Origin: Vicugna vicugna
Lineage: Eukaryota
DNA: 64,000 nt
Direction: 5' to 3'
NCBI GenBank assembly: GCA_013265495.1
Contig: MU058716.1
Coordinates: 254,264 to 318,263 of the forward strand
The notes below the pieces were generated by a model that ran no database searches, had not been told where the DNA came from, and was given only the letters and a program-made list of their open reading frames with translations. A program made the position numbers and the translations under genes. Every line of letters starts with the position of its first letter. The stretch's first letter is position 1. This document shows positions 14,941-30,612 of the stretch, in pieces.

Positions 14941-16678
14941 TGAGTATTGACGCCGCCCTTCCGGGCAGGTCTGGGGCAGTTTGAGATGGTGTCAGTTGCA
15001 TGGCTGTTGGCTGCACGAGGCCTCATTTTACTGTAATGAGCCTCATTTTCTATTTTAATGCCAGTATTTCTAAATCACTTTATAATCTCTTGGTTTGGGG
15101 GAGGGCAGATTTTTCTATGGCCTAATATGCTTAATAAATAAATAAGTCCTTGAAGGAAGTGACTTGTTTTGCAAGCCTGAAACCTCTTGGACTTGCAGGC
15201 AGTACTGGGTTGTTTGAATGTATCCTCAGCTGAACGTCTGATGGCGATAACCTGTTCAGGAAAACTGATTCTTCTAGTTAGTCCGTTACTTTAATAGTCG
15301 GTTGACTTGTGAGGCAGCCCTGTGGAAAGGTGGCTCCCCGCTCCGCTCCTGGCCCAGTGGTTGGCTCTTCACCTGACCGCTGTGCAAGGAGTTTAGGGTA
15401 GAGAAAGTGTTCCCATGGGGTCCTGAGTAGAGCATCCTTCCTGCTGGACCTCAGCTCTGGGGAACCAGAAGTGAAACCTGGTAACACAGGTGTGCATGAC
15501 CCTGCAGGTGCTGGGGGGGCTCCTCTAGGCCAGCAGTCACCGTGCAACAGCACCCACCCCACCCCCCAAGTCCACTTCCTTTAAGACCCAGACACGGGGT
15601 TTCTACGTGAGGAAAGAAGCAAAGTGTTGTTCTCGCTGAGGCTCCTTGTGGTAGATGAGGGGTTAAAAAAGCCACAAGAGAGGATGAGAGAATATTTTCA
15701 ATGTCCTGTTAATACCCAGTAGAAAGTGACATGCCAGCATTAAGTGACTTGGTTTGAAAGACTGTCTTTCATGCTTCTGATGACTCCTCGGTGTGCAGGG
15801 GTGGGAGGTGGAGCAGAGGTCTGCAGGTGACTTTCCCATGTCAGGTGGTCTTTGAACAAAAATTAAAGCTCTGCACAAAACTCTTCCCTCCCCTTTGACT
15901 CAGGACCGGCTTTGACAGAGAGTTCTCCACGTGCTCGTGTTCATGGCTCCGTCTCGGAGCTGTGAGGGGTAGGTTCATCAGTGAGATACGAGTTTGCAGT
16001 CTTTCTCTTTTGTACCTCTCAGTTTCTGAGAGAAGTTTTTCTAATTTCCCAGCTCATTTTAGAGTTACCGATTTTCATCCTTGTAATTGTAAGTTTCTGT
16101 CTTATAAATTCTGAGCCTTTGTTGTTAGTTGAGTAAATGTCAGGACTGCCCTGTGGTTAATTATTTTTATTGTTATATAGTAACTTTATGTATCTTGGGC
16201 TCTTCTTATTTTGTCACCTACTAATATTGTTAGAACAGTTTTCTCTTAGACTTTGGGGATTTTGTTGTATATGTGTCATTTAACTTTTTGAGTGTGGAGT
16301 TAAGTATGGATACAGAAAACCCTGCAACACAGGTGTGCTTCTTGATGACTTATTATTGGGTGAAACCCTTATGAATGCCACCAGGTTAGGAAAAGAAGCA
16401 TGCCAGCCCCCAAAACCTCATGTCCCGCCCCTCCTTTCTCCAGAGGTCACCACGGTCCTGATGCCAGAGCAATCACCTTCTATTTCTTCGTGGTCATATC
16501 ACCCACACATGCTTTCCTAGACTCTGTTGTTTAGTCTTGTACATCCTTAAAAAACTGTACATGTCTTTTAAATCTTCTAATCAGCAGGTTCCTCCTCCAC
16601 CCTTTTTCCCTTGTCATTTTTTTGCTGACGAGACCTGGGTTTGATCTTCAGACTTTCCCGCTGTCTGGGTTCTGCTGC

Positions 16679-16875
16679 CTGCACACGGGCACACCTGTGG
16701 GTCCTCCTCTGTCCCCTGCGGACTGTGCGCGGGCACACCTGTGGGCACTCCTTTGTTCCCTGTCCCCTGCAGACTGCGCGCGGGCACACCTGTGGGTCCT
16801 CCTCTGTCCCCTGTCCCCTGAAGACTGCATGCGGGCACTCCTGTGGGCGCTCCTCTGTCCTCTGCTCCCTGCAGA
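16679..16875. repeat. GC-rich minisatellite, ~45-52-bp unit, about 4 copies
   Basis: Repeats of gcgggcacacctgtgggtcctcctctgtcccctg(c/a)agact. Confidence 0.85.
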
Positions 16876-18270
16876 TTGGTGGCTCAGTGGCTTCCTCAGA
16901 TTCTGGTTGGTTCCCACTGGAAAAACTATAGAGATTTGTTCTTCTGTGATATTTGATTTTCCACTCTTTTTGGCTTAGGCAGCCACAGGTGCTAAATACC
17001 AACATCTTTCAGTTTATTGACGTTTGTAAGACAGTGGCACTTTAATTCTGTCCTTTGGTTTTGTTTCTTAACTTGAAAATTTTTATAACGATATGCTTGC
17101 CTTTATCTGTTGTTTGGTTACCACTTAGGAGGGCAAAGTATCAGCTTGTTTCTTTTCTTAACCTGGTTGGTGAGATAATGAGCTGGTTTGCTGTCGTCCT
17201 CAGAAAGTGATCAGTTAACCTTTTTTCAGTGTATCGTGATGAACTTACGGGCTTAAATATGTTGGATTCACTGTCTTGTTTTATTAAAGCCTAAATCGCC
17301 CCCCTTCTGTGTGTTGCTGCAGCCCTTCTGGTAGGACCCTGGCCGTCCTTGGTAGCGCTCTGTCGTGTGTGTCAGGGCGCTCCAGGCTTGTCTTGTACGT
17401 TTTCTTCCCTGGACCCAGCGTTAGGTACTCAGTGAGAAACTTAGTCCTAAATACACAGATGATATGTAAGTACGTTCTTGAAAACCTTTAATGTTCCAGA
17501 CCCTTTCCTCAGCAGTCTTGTCCACACGGTAATCCATGTGACTGATTAACTGTCTTTTCACACCTTTTTGTGTATTTTTTTATATCTAGGTACAGAAGCA
17601 AATATGATACAGAATACAATAGAGAATGTTAATTTTGTTTTCTTGTCTAAGTATGTAATTTTAAATTTTTTTTAACTTTTCAAAGACATACACTATATTT
17701 ATACATATTAACTTCTTTTAAAATTCAGTTACGTGTTGTGATGCTCCTGTGTTAGTACCTAAAGGCCCTCCTCCTCCTTTCTGCAGCCCACGTGGCATGT
17801 GGCGGGTCTGTCTGCCTCTTCCCTGGTGATGTGCCTCAGGTCGTCCCCAGGTTTTCCTCCCACAGCTCTTGCTTCTGTCGTGCGCACGTGCAGATGTTTG
17901 TCTGGAGTCGAAGTGTGCATGTGCCTGTTCCTACACAGCTGGCTGTGAGAACCTGCCTTCTCCGTTGCCACCAGTGTGTGACGCTGCCAATCTGTCCAGT
18001 CTGCCGGCGAGCCATTCCCTGATCGCCCGGCTTCCCAGGGCCCCCAGGTGCGCCCAGGTTGCTGCAGGCGTCCCTTCCTCCTGGCACCACACCTGCTGCT
18101 CCTGCGGGGACACACAGAGCAGCTCTTGTGGCCACCGACCCCACTGGTTTTGTGCCACAACAGCGCCCATCTTCCTTCACTTGCTTCCCTCCCTTCCTCG
18201 TAGCAGTTCTTTCTCTTACGCATTTTGGTCCATAGTTTGATTTTCTGTGCTATCCAGTCTTCACTCCATC

Positions 18271-18403
18271 TTTTTCTTTTTTTCTTTTTGGGGTGAGGGG
18301 GTGTAGGTTTATTTGTTTATTTTAGTGAAGTGCTGGGATGGAACCCAGGACCTTGTGTATCATGCTAAGCACATGCTCCACCACTGACTACAACCTCCCC
18401 TCC
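18271..18403 (-). mobile_element. tRNA-derived SINE (Vic-1-like)
   Basis: gtgctgggatggaacccaggaccttgtg...catgctaagcacatgctccaccactga; TSD-like actccatcttttt on both sides. Confidence 0.8.
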
Positions 18404-20878
18404 ATACTCCATCTTTTTTCATTTTCTGCAGGCCCAGGGACTACTGCCAACACCAGAGTATTAAAAAGCATCCTTCCTGTCACTTCTCAGACTTTGGAGT
18501 CGGAGCAGGTGGCTGCATCTAATTTGTTGGAACCCTGTTCTCAAGAAGTTTCTCTAAGAGGTTAATTTGCCCTCGTCACACAGCTGAGTCAGGACTTTAG
18601 AGAGTTCCAGCCTAACCTTTAATGATCATCACAGTCCGGTCTGCTGTCTGAGCTAAACTGGCTTTAATAGCCTTCATTTTAAAGTCACAACCGGTGTTTT
18701 TTTGCTCTCTCAGCCTTCTTCCCTCTGACTCATTGAAAATGCTCCCATTTTGCCGCTGTCCACACTTAAAACACTGTCATGACACCAGACCCTGTGCTGC
18801 AAGCTTTTCTGAGTTGTGTTTAACCTTTGCGGTGTCCTCGCCAGGGAAGATTCTGCGATTATCCCCACCAGAGGGGGCGCCCCTGCGCGGGGTGACGCGG
18901 GGCTGGAGCCCAGGCAGGCTCGTCCAGACTCTGGTCCTGGAGGCTGTTGTTGGACCCTTCCCATGAGGTCCCACCGCCCAGCTGAGCGGTTTTGTTATCC
19001 TGGTGACTTTCTTATGGTCATTGTAGGCATTTTCCACATGCTTCTGTCAAGATCAGATTATAAGCCATTTATTTCTAAAGATTATTTACATTCTTTTCTC
19101 AAGACTATGATCTGACCTCATCTCTTGGGATCACTGTTCTTAGATGAGACCAGAGTTTATTCAGATGACCAGCTGAGTCGATGCTTTTGTATGTTACTAA
19201 CAGCGTCATTTCACTGTTTGTTTTCATTACCTGTCAGACTAGTAAAAATAAATGATAGTGATTTTCTATAGTGCCTTTTGTGCAGTTATAAACATGTGTA
19301 CTGAACTTAAAGACTGAGTAAGTATGCCTGAGAGTTTCTGAGTTCAGATGTTGTTCTTACAGAGAGGGCACCTTAGTTGTTAAGCACTGGGAATGTCAGT
19401 GGTCCTTCTAGGCACAGTCTTACCTGATTCCAGCACATCTGGGTCTTTTGGAATCAGAAACAAAGGGCAGGAGTGGGAGTTCTCCTGGTGCCAGGCAGGG
19501 ACAGCAGGGTTTGGTCATGAAACAAATTTTAGAGAACCTGATTTTCCAAATATTCAGATATTTGTCACTTTTGACTGATTTTCATTTGGTCCCAGGCAAA
19601 GTTAAAGGAAAAAAGTGATGCACTCCAGATCACTAGAAAAGGTGAGATCATTATGTCACCAGAGTTAATGTGGGCTTGGGAGGGAACTGATGGAAGTTCT
19701 GCAGAAGAGACACTCACCATGTCACCTGCATGAACTCCACCTTCTCTGTAGTGATGCCACAGTGCAGGTGTGTGACTAGGATTCCACAGCTGACAGGAGC
19801 ACTGTAGCATATTAATTCAAGTAAAAACCTTTTCCCAGAACATTCAGATGATGGCGGGAAGAAGGGGAGGAGAGGGCTGGAGGGAGGATGGGACACAGAC
19901 GTATAAAGGTCATCACTTCACCTGTTCTTAAATGTTAGAAACCTTTATTCCCAGTAAAAAGCAAGAAGATTTTACTAGGAAATGATGGTAATATATTTTT
20001 CTGTTGTTCTCTTTGTAAAATAATTTTTAGTTCAAGGAAAAACTGTTTTGAAGTGAGGTGGGAGATTCCAGCAGAAAGGTACGCCTCTGACTGTATGATG
20101 GTTTGATTGGAGCATTGTTATTGGAGTCAGAAATGCCCAGCTTAGAGCCAGACTCTCTTACTGCGGCTTTAGGCAAACTTTTTTTTTCCATATTTCATTT
20201 TCCTATTTCTGTAATTAGAGAAACCAAATTCATTTACATTTCTTACTATGGTTAAGACTTGCGTCACACTAGTACCTTGACTAAATAGGACCTTGTCACA
20301 GTGTCGCATGAATGACTGAGGTGATTTTGATCCCCTGCAGCTGTGAAGGGATGTGGACATGTCAAAATGCTTCACACTAAGTTTCTAAGTGGAGAAATGC
20401 CTTTGTGCCTGAGTGGGAGCCGCTGGGGCGCTTGCGGACCTCAGGGACCCAAAGTGGCCCTTAGACGTTGCATCTGGCCCTGCGTTGTACTGAGTGTGCC
20501 TTTGAGGAAGGCGTCCTGTCAGACCCCGCCAGGCATGCTTATGAGGAGCGTTCAGAGACCGAGTTCTCGGACCAGCTCCTCCAGGAATGGAGCTGGTGGG
20601 AGTAAAAGCCAGGTGTTCTTAAGCAGGTGGGGTATTACCCAGGTGTATTTACAGTCTTGAACTGACAGCCTCATATCTACTCTGTTACAACTGAAGACGT
20701 GTCATCTTAGTATCAACATGGTATCTTTCAAGTTTTTCTGTTGTTCATTGAAATTACATCTAATGTGTACATTAACCATCATAAATATAAATTCAGCTGC
20801 AGTATGAAAGTTATCTTTAAGCATCATGCATGCATTGATCTTTAAGATGTTTTATTCACAATGTGATTGGACCAGTAG

Positions 20879-21076
<198 letters not shown>

Positions 21077-21157
21077 TAAAAACATAAGTCATCAGACCTT
21101 TAACTTCTTAAATTGCTTCTTCTCATTTTTAAAATGTGATTTAATTGATTTATTTAG

Positions 21158-21286
<129 letters not shown>

Positions 21287-22334
21287 TAACTCCATCATTT
21301 ACTATATGTCAGGTGTGGCTTCATTTAACACTAGTTATCCGAGTTAATGTATGTTTTTGGTGGGACGGCTCTGTTTTTCTGGTCCCTGTGCTGGGTTTTA
21401 GTCAGTGTTCAGCACCTGCTGATAAACCATCGTTCTTGCCGTGGCATGTTTTCCAGGAGAAACAGTGCTGTCCCGATTTTTATCGTGGTTGATGCTTTTT
21501 CACAAATCCTGATTGCTAGGTTTGCTTATCTTTGAAATTAATATATATTCACATCCTTGGCAAAATAATACACTGTCTTTTGTGCTCAGCAGACGTGTTA
21601 GGGAATGAGGTAAGTGCAGAAGCTGTGTGTTGAGGTTTTACCTTCCTTCCTCTAAATGCAAGGAGAAAGTAGTCAAGATAAAGTCGTTCTAGAACTTGCT
21701 CTTTTTGTCTTTTAAGTTTTTGGAAGGCTGTGGAAAACCACGAGAAGTTTAGTCAGTAAACCAACACGTATTGATTACCGTATTTAAAATTCCATGTGTA
21801 TTTTCTCAGTAGAAGAATATATTATAAATTCAGTCATCATACAAGATACTTCAGAAGTTTTTCCTAGTCTTTTCCATCAGCAGTGTTGCATTTTAAACAT
21901 TTTACTATTGGACGACTTTTGTTAGTTTGTTTACCTTTTAGAAAAGTGAGATGTTGTAAAGGGATGACCGTGGCGAGGCTTCCCCAGGACGCGGGTCGGG
22001 AAGCATCAGGGTTAGCTGCTGTGCTGCTGCCGCCAGGCAGAGCCAGGCCGGGGTCTGGGTTGTTTAATCCTCCTCCTGCTGTGTCGCCGATGAGCTCAGG
22101 GGCCCTGAGTGAGGCGTCAGGCGTTTCCCACCGTCTATGAAGCACAGGTTGTACTGCGTCAGGCATCTCAGCACATAGCCCTTTGTACATGTTAGACCCT
22201 TGTTGGAGGCTCCAGACCCAGTCTTTGGAAGTGCACCGAGTGTCAGTGCTGCTTACTCCCCTCTTCATGTCAGGCCCTTGAAACCAGGCTGATAATAAAA
22301 TGCTTAAAATGCAACACTGCTGATGAAAACACAC

Positions 22335-22835
22335 AAGCAGTGCGCAGACAGTGGGAACAACCCAGATGTCTGTCAGGAGTTGGAAGACAGGGAAATGTCC
22401 ATGCACACAGTGGAATATTGTACAGCCTTCAGTCCGAATAAAGTCCTGACACCTGTGCCCACAGGGGCTAACCTCGGACACGCTAGGAGAGGACAAGTGT
22501 CATGTGCTTCCACTTACACGAAGGGTCTGGAGCAGGGGATTCGCAGGGAGAGAAGGGAGATTAGAACTTAGCGGGGGGAGGGAAAGGGGTTACTGCCCAG
22601 TGGTCGCGGAGTAAGTTTGGTGTCATGAGAGTGTTTTGGAAATAGTTGCACAGCATTGTGAATGTAATGAATCGTATTGAATTGTATACTTAAAAATGGT
22701 TAAAATGACAGATTTTATGTTATATATATTTTACCACAATTTAAAAACACTAATAATGTAATATACCAAAAACCATTGAATTGTGTACTTTAAATGGGTG
22801 GTCGCATGATGTGTGAATAGATCTCACACTATTAA
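22335..22835 (+). mobile_element. Old L1M 3'-UTR remnant
   Basis: gttgcacagcattgtgaatgta...attgaattgtatacttaaaaatggttaaaatg. Confidence 0.7.
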
Positions 22836-24112
22836 AAGGAAAGCCGTTGGAGGTCATGTTTGGAAAAGAGCATTTGTAAGAGCAGTTCATTCGGTTACGA
22901 CTAATCCTTGTGGCCTCCTGTTTCCCACTCTGTGTCTTCCCTGGTTGGGCTCTTCCCCAACCACAGGGGGTTTATAGCTGTTCAAAGCTGCACTGAGGCT
23001 CTCCAGCCCTGTGTACATTCTCTCGATATGTGACCCCTGGTCCTCCACTTACTGTCACTTTATTTTTTCCTTTACCATCCTCCCTCACGTCCCTCAGACT
23101 AGTTCCTTTTTGCAGTTAGTTAATCCGTAAGCAGATGACATCGTACTTGTGTGCTGTACATGGCTAAGGCTGTTTTATTTTGAAAGGAAAACACTGACCA
23201 AGATGACTTTCTCAGTTGATGAAATACACGGGGGCACCCATTAGTCTAGACACCGTTCTGCCCACCTTGGTTTCTGTGACTTTGCCCTGAACTCTTGGCC
23301 CCACAGGCAGCACAGTGGGAAGTGAGGACCATGAAACTCAGTCCTGAGCCTCGTTTTCATCAGAGGATGTCTGAGAGGAGTCCGGGAGTGTTGTGTTACT
23401 TCCTTCTCAGCATCACCCTTTATGTCCAGGCAGACTCAGCAGTTCTCCCCCAGGCTTAAGGGTCCTTCATTCCCTGGGACCAGTCACGCGCAGAAACTCT
23501 GGTTCCATAGCGTCACATCACAGAATGTTTTCAAACTAAACTTCTGTAGGGGTATGTGCCGTGCTAGCATGATTTTCATTGCAAATGTGGTTTGTTTTGA
23601 GGTAGAAATTAGCCAGATGCTCTGCCTGCTGTCTTTATTAGCTGGTTCTTGTTAATGTTAATCAGTGTATTGTTTGTACCTCAGTGCTTTTTATACAGGA
23701 TACGCTTTAATAAAGGTCTTGATTGAAATATTTGACTGTGACTTTTCTTGACTTTCAAAAATTTTAATGAAGTCGTTAATGTTATGATTATCATTACATA
23801 CTGTTTATGTTTTTTAAGATGAATCAGCATAAAATAGACTAATCTATGTCCAGTTGATGTAAATTACTTTTTAGTTTGGTAGTTAAATATTCATGAAGTG
23901 ACCACCTGTTCTGGTTTTTAATATTCACCCACTTGTCCCGTTGCCGGTTGAGTTGTCTGTATGTAGGACGATCGAGGTCAGTGAGTGAGGATAAAATGCA
24001 GCCTCTTAGCTTTAGTTTTGGTTCATAAGATGGTGAAATGTAGGTGTCAGCTGGAAGCATAAGCAAAATTTTGAAATGATTTATGGAATGTGAGTTTAAA
24101 TTGGTTATATGA

Positions 24113-24373
<261 letters not shown>

Positions 24374-25454
24374 TGACACCCCGGCCTCCGTGTGGGTGGA
24401 AAGCAGGTGATAAACCAGCTTTCTGCGTCATCCCCAGCCAGCCGAGATTTCAAACATATGTGAGTAACAGTCTCTGGAATATTCAATATGCCTTTTTACA
24501 GGTTATTAATATTTTAAAAGACTTTTTTGGAAAAGTATATTTTCACATTTTATTCTGAAGTCAAAAGAAAATCTGGGAAAATGTGTTTACACATCACAGG
24601 GGCCAATTCCCTTAATACATTAAGAGTTTCTAACAATAATTAATAGCAAAAAGACAAAGAATGTGAAAGAGAAATATAAACAGATTTTAAATATATGGAG
24701 ATGCTCAATTTCACTCAAAATAGAAGTACAAAATAAAAATACAATGAGATGTTAGCAATAAGCAGTAAAAAAATGGAATTTTTTAGAAAAAGAAAATAGT
24801 AGTTAAAGTTTTCAAATAGCAGGGAATAAATGTAACAAGACTCGTGCCAGACCTACGAGGAGACTAAACACTGTTGAGAGCAACACTGATGCACAGATCA
24901 GGGCCGTCCCCTCAAAACCCAGGATTTGTTTTGAGCTCGGGAAGTTAATACTCAGACTAAGAACAGTCAGGACAGCTTTGAAGAGCACGGTAGGAAAGCT
25001 GCAGGGTTGCATGACTTACAAAATGGGGCGTTGGCGCAAGGTTAGACAGAGAGACCAGTGGGCTGAAGTAAAAAGCCAGGAAGTAGCCTGAGCACACGTG
25101 GACACTTCGTTTAGGACCAAGGTGGCCCTGCAGGGCACTGGGTGCCAGGGCCATTGGCTGCCCATTTGGAAAAGCAGTGAAATGTGATCTCTACCTCAAA
25201 TGCCCTATACAAAATCAATTCATTGTGGGCCTTTGATCGAAAGGGAAAGCGGTGATACATCCAGAATGTAATATAGGAGAGTAACTTGATGACTCTGAGA
25301 GCAGAGGTAGATATCTCACATAAGACACAAAAAGCACTGACCACAAAGGAGATATTGATCAAGTCGACTACCTCAACATTAAAAACCTTGGGTCACTGAA
25401 GACCGTTAAGACCCTTGGATCATCAGAAGAGCATCACGAGACAGTCAGAGGACA

Positions 25455-26840
25455 GAAGAGCCTAGAATACATAATGGGGAAAGGCTGACTTTTTTAATAA
25501 ATGTTTTTGGAAAAACTGGACATGCAAAGTAATGGAACTGGACCACTATCTTACACCATATACAAAAGTTAACTCAAAGTGAATTAAAGACTTGAACATA
25601 AAGCTGGAAGCCATAAAACTTCTACAAGAAAATGTAGGCTGTAAGCTCCGTGACATCTGTCTTGGCGATGTTTTTTGGATCTGACAGCAAAAGCAAAGGT
25701 AACGGAAGCAAAAATAAACAAGTGGGATGACATCAGACTTTTTAAAAAGCTGCACAGCAAAGAATCCACCAACAAAATGAAAAGGCAGCCTTCTGAATGG
25801 GAGAAGTTGTTTGCAAATCCTGTGTCTGATAAGGGATAAATATTTAAAATATACAAAGGATTCACACAACTCAGTAGAAAAAAAATGATTAAAAAATGAG
25901 CAGAGTATCTGGATGAACATTTTTCCAAAGAGACACACAGACGGCCAGCAGGTACATGAAAAGGTGCTCAACATCCCTAGTCCTCAGGGAAATGCAGATC
26001 CAAACCATGGTGAGGTGGCACTTGCAGCGTGGCTGTCATCATAAAAACTAGAAGTAACAAATGGTGGCGAGGATGTGGAGAGACGGGAAGTGTTGTGCAT
26101 GGTTAGTGGGAATGTAAGTTGGTGTGGCCACTATGAAAAACAGTGTGGAGTTTCCTCAAAAATAAAAAATAGGACTATCATATGACCTAGGAATTCTACT
26201 TCTGGGTATTTCTCCAAAGAAAATGAAAACACAAACCCAAGAAGATACATGTTTATTTTAGCATTATTTATAGTAGCCAAGATAAGGAAACAGCCTGAGT
26301 GTCCATCAATGGATGAATGGATAAAAATACACAAACACACATGCATAATGAAATATCATTCAGCCATAAAAACATAATGAAATCTTACTGTTTTGTCACA
26401 ACATGGATGGACCTCGAAGGTATTGTGCTAAATGAAATAAAGTCAGAGAAAGACAAATACCGCAGGACCTCACTTGCATGTGAATCTAACAAACAAACTG
26501 GCAGATACAGAGAACCGATCAGTGGTTGCCAGAGTCTCAGGGGTGGGTGAAGAGGGTCGAAAGGTACAAATTTCCAGTTATTAAAAAAACACTAAGGGGG
26601 ATGCGATAATATACAGCATGTGACACTAGTTAATAACACTGTGTTGTATATTTGAAAGTTGCCAAGAGGGTAGATTTTTTAAAGTTCTCATCAGAAGAAA
26701 AATCACTGTAGATATGCATGGTGATGAATGTTAACTAGACTTGCGGTGGTGACCGTTTTACAACATGTGCAAATGCTAAATCACTGTTACAAACTTGAAG
26801 CTCATACAATGTTATATGTCAGCTACGCCTCAGAAAAAAG
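25455..26840 (+). mobile_element. LINE-1 3' portion inserted in an older L1M (flanks at about 25130-25450 and 26855-27670)
   Basis: L1 ORF2-end and 3' UTR motifs; TSD-like gagacagtca(g/t)agg at 25438-25451 and 26841-26854. Confidence 0.82.
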
Positions 26841-28219
26841 GAGACAGTCATAGGGTCACGTATTTGCGATGGCTGAGAGAGTTTTATGTCCAGAATATTA
26901 AACAGTCAAGAAATTTGAACAGGCGCTGCAGAGTAGAGACTATCCAGATGGCCAGGGAACATGTTAAAAGGCTCTCAGTCTCACTAAAATAGGGAGTGCC
27001 AATTAAACACACTGAGTCAGTACTAATCCCGTTTTGATATAAAATGAAGGAGACTGGAAATAACGTGTGTGGAAGTGTGTGGAGTAATGGAAACTTGTTA
27101 CACTCCAGACCAAGAGTGTAAATCGATGCAGCCACCAGGACAGACGGACCGTGACCGCTGCTGCTGAGCAGACGTGTCCCTCGTGGTCCAGCCCCGCTCT
27201 CCTGGGTGTCCCCCCCACCGCCCAGCTTGCGTACACACACGCACAAAAAGACATGTACGTGCGTGCTCACAGCAGTGTTGTCTGTGATGCTCCAAACTGG
27301 CAGCAGCTGAGGCGCCCAGGAGCAGCAGACGGGTGGGGGTGGGCAGGGCACAGCTGCACACGGCACAGGTGGACCCCAGGAGTGAAGCGAGTCGGAAACA
27401 GACGCGGAGGGTCCGTGATTGCGTTTTCACAGTAGTTCAGAGCAGGCGGAGCTAGTCTGTCCTAACCGTGGTGACCTTTGCAGAAGAACTAGGAGGAGTG
27501 GTCCGGGAGCAGTGTGAAGACGGCTTTGGGGTGCAGGGAACATCCGTTTCTTACCATGAGTGGTGATAACTGGGGTAGGGGGGGCATTCACATGCGACAG
27601 GTTGTTGAGATGTACACTTAAATGGTTTGTGGGCTTTTCTGTGTGTTATACATCAATAAAAAGTTTAAAAACCACTATACTGAAGTGTCATTTCCACCCC
27701 TCAGTGCAGAGATCAAAACGCTAGGTGACACATTGTCGCCAGGGAGCTCCTGGCTTCTGGAAACTGTCTGGAACCCTTGCACAGCGGGCCTGCCTCGCGG
27801 GTTTACGCTGCAAGTGGTCTTGCCCGTGGGGATGTCAGTCGTGACAGTAGTGTCAGGGCACTGGAGCAGGCAGTTTCCCATCAGTTGTTAAGGAGTTGCA
27901 GTAGAGCATGTGACAGGCAGCGGTGCCAGGTGGTGGCACAGTGTGAGGAGAGGCTGTGTGTCCTGACATGAAGGGTCTTGGGGTGAGAGGTGGTTCTGCA
28001 GTTGCAGACAGTCCACTGGTCTCCCATGCTGTCTGTGTAAAAGGGGCAGAGGTGGGAACAGGGAATTTCCCTGACCAGGTAGGAAGCAGCCCTGAAGGCC
28101 ACCAGGCCACCACCATGTGGCTCTCCAGGAAGAGGACTGGGTGACAGGGTGGGCCCCGCATGCCCTTCTGTAATCATGCATTTGAACTGTATGTTACCTA
28201 GTGTATTAAAATATTTTGA

Positions 28220-28435
<216 letters not shown>

Positions 28436-29744
28436 TGACTTGGCTGTTGTAAACCGTGAGGGAGGAGTCCCGCCATGCCCGCGAATGAAGCGTCTTTATT
28501 AAAATGTTCTGAACCTAGACTGTGTTGGACACGTTTTGGAATTAATCGCATTATTAGAAAATCGGTGAGAGAGACAGACTTCTCAGTCGCACTGCTGTGT
28601 CCAGTTAGCAGTTGCTGACCAGCTTCTCACAGAAAAGCACGTTTCTGTGTCTAAATAACTGTGTTCCTGTGTGGCTGGCATTGGCATTCGGTGAGTAGCA
28701 GCAGTGTCAGTCATTGCTAGTGCAGACTGCTTGCAGTCTGGTTTCCTTTCACATGCTCTGAATTGGATCACCCAGGAAGCGAGTCTGGGTTGAAGCATTC
28801 TTCCCTAAATACATGCTTACCACCCAGAGTGCCCAGCAGGGACTCAGGTCCCTGACATCTCCTCCAAGGGTCCCCTGCCAGTCTGATAGCCGTTCACAGC
28901 AGGGTGTCCCTCCTGTCAGAGTGCACTCCTGTTGGCAGGTTTTGCTGGACTGTGCTCCTTGTTTTTACTCATAATGGTTGACAGATAAGATAGATATGAC
29001 AGGAAATGCTACTTCTCTTTCTGTTTTTGTAAAACTGTTAGTTTGTATTGTTCAGGTCTGCTGGCCTGTATTATTTATCAGGCTTATTGGTTTTTTTTAC
29101 TGGTTTTTCATGTTCAGGGTGTTGACGACTGGGCACAGGGCATGGTGTTGAGTTGTGGGCAGCAAACATGAGGGGACCCCCTTGCAGGAGACTCACATCG
29201 TTGTAGCTGACTCGGGGTCTTTGGTCCAGCTGCACAGTTAGCCCCATTGATTTAAGAGAGAAAATTCATCTTTCACACTGCTGGGCGCTTCTTCCCTCTG
29301 AGACGTGCGGACATGCCCTGCCCAGCTCTCGGGGCCTCAGCTCTCACGGATGATAGCTTTCTGACTTCTCCCCTCTCTCCGCCTCCAGTGGCTTGAAGGC
29401 TGTTTTGGTTTATGTAATCCTCTCTGAAACTGAGAGGCCTGGTGCTCTGACTGTGTCTTGTTACACTTACAATGCGGAATTCCAGCGCCGGGCAGAAGTG
29501 TGTTTTCAGTGGGCTCTGCTGGCAGAGGAACCTGCATTTCTGGTGTTGAATGACAACTAAGTTCAACATCAAAGCATTAGATTTTTAAGACCATCTTAGC
29601 TAAAAACAGTTTTTGAGGGTGGGTGTTGTGTGTAACATTAATTTGCTTGGGGAAATCTTTGCTCTTAAATAGTTCTTCACTAAGCCTCATTACATCCTTG
29701 AACTTCTTAAAATAAGCTTTGTACTTTGTATTTCATGTCTTTAG

Positions 29745-29861
<117 letters not shown>

Positions 29862-30552
29862 TAGTACATGTTTCTTTATATAAAATACTCTTCACTTAAT
29901 CATTCTTTAAGGCAGTTCCAGAACTAGGGCTTCTAAATGTGAGATTTCTAGTCTGGACTCAGAGATTAACCTTAACAACCAATTTCGTAGTGAAAGTTAA
30001 AACAGAAGTAGGTAACTTACAACTTTTAAGTGAATAACTGAATGGTTAAATCAAATGCTTAAATCAGAAGGGTATTGAACTTCCCATGATTATGCTAGAT
30101 GAGGAGAATTGTTAATAAACTGTATGTTCTGAAAAATACATGTGTAATTTTAATATTCTTTAGTGCTCATTTTTCCTTTGAATTTAATATTTGGATGATA
30201 CTCGAAAGAAATACTATTTTTATAAACTTTTTCATTTAAATTTGCTTACATGGTTGTAGTTAAGATTTTTAAAAATTTAGTCTTATTTTATCTGTGTTCA
30301 AGCATCAGTAATGAATTATACAGAGTATCTTTCAGCAGGAGCAGGATGTATAATTACTCTAATTACCCTGAAGGCTACAGGGAGGGGAGTTTGCCCTGTG
30401 TTAGGTATGAAAACAGTGCCAACAGACTAGCACCAGGACGCTGTGTCTGGGGTGGGGTGGTGACTTCTGGATGCACAGATTACAGCGTGCACTGAGCCAG
30501 CTGGTTTTTACCCTGTTACTGGAGGCCAATTCCTGGTCTGTCTTCTGTTTAG

Positions 30553-30612
30553 GCCCTTACATCAGTTGTTAACTACAGAGAACCCAAGTCTGTTTGCAAA
30601 GCCCCTGAGTTG
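30553..30612 (+). CDS. CUL2: CUL2 exon 12 (60 nt) ALTSVVNYREPKSVCKAPEL
   Basis: Acceptor ttctgtttag; donor TTG|gtaagt. Confidence 0.96.

Noticed and set aside
21864..22496. 210-aa antisense ORF
   Set aside because: It overlaps an old L1 remnant and GC-rich intron, and I recognise no homology.
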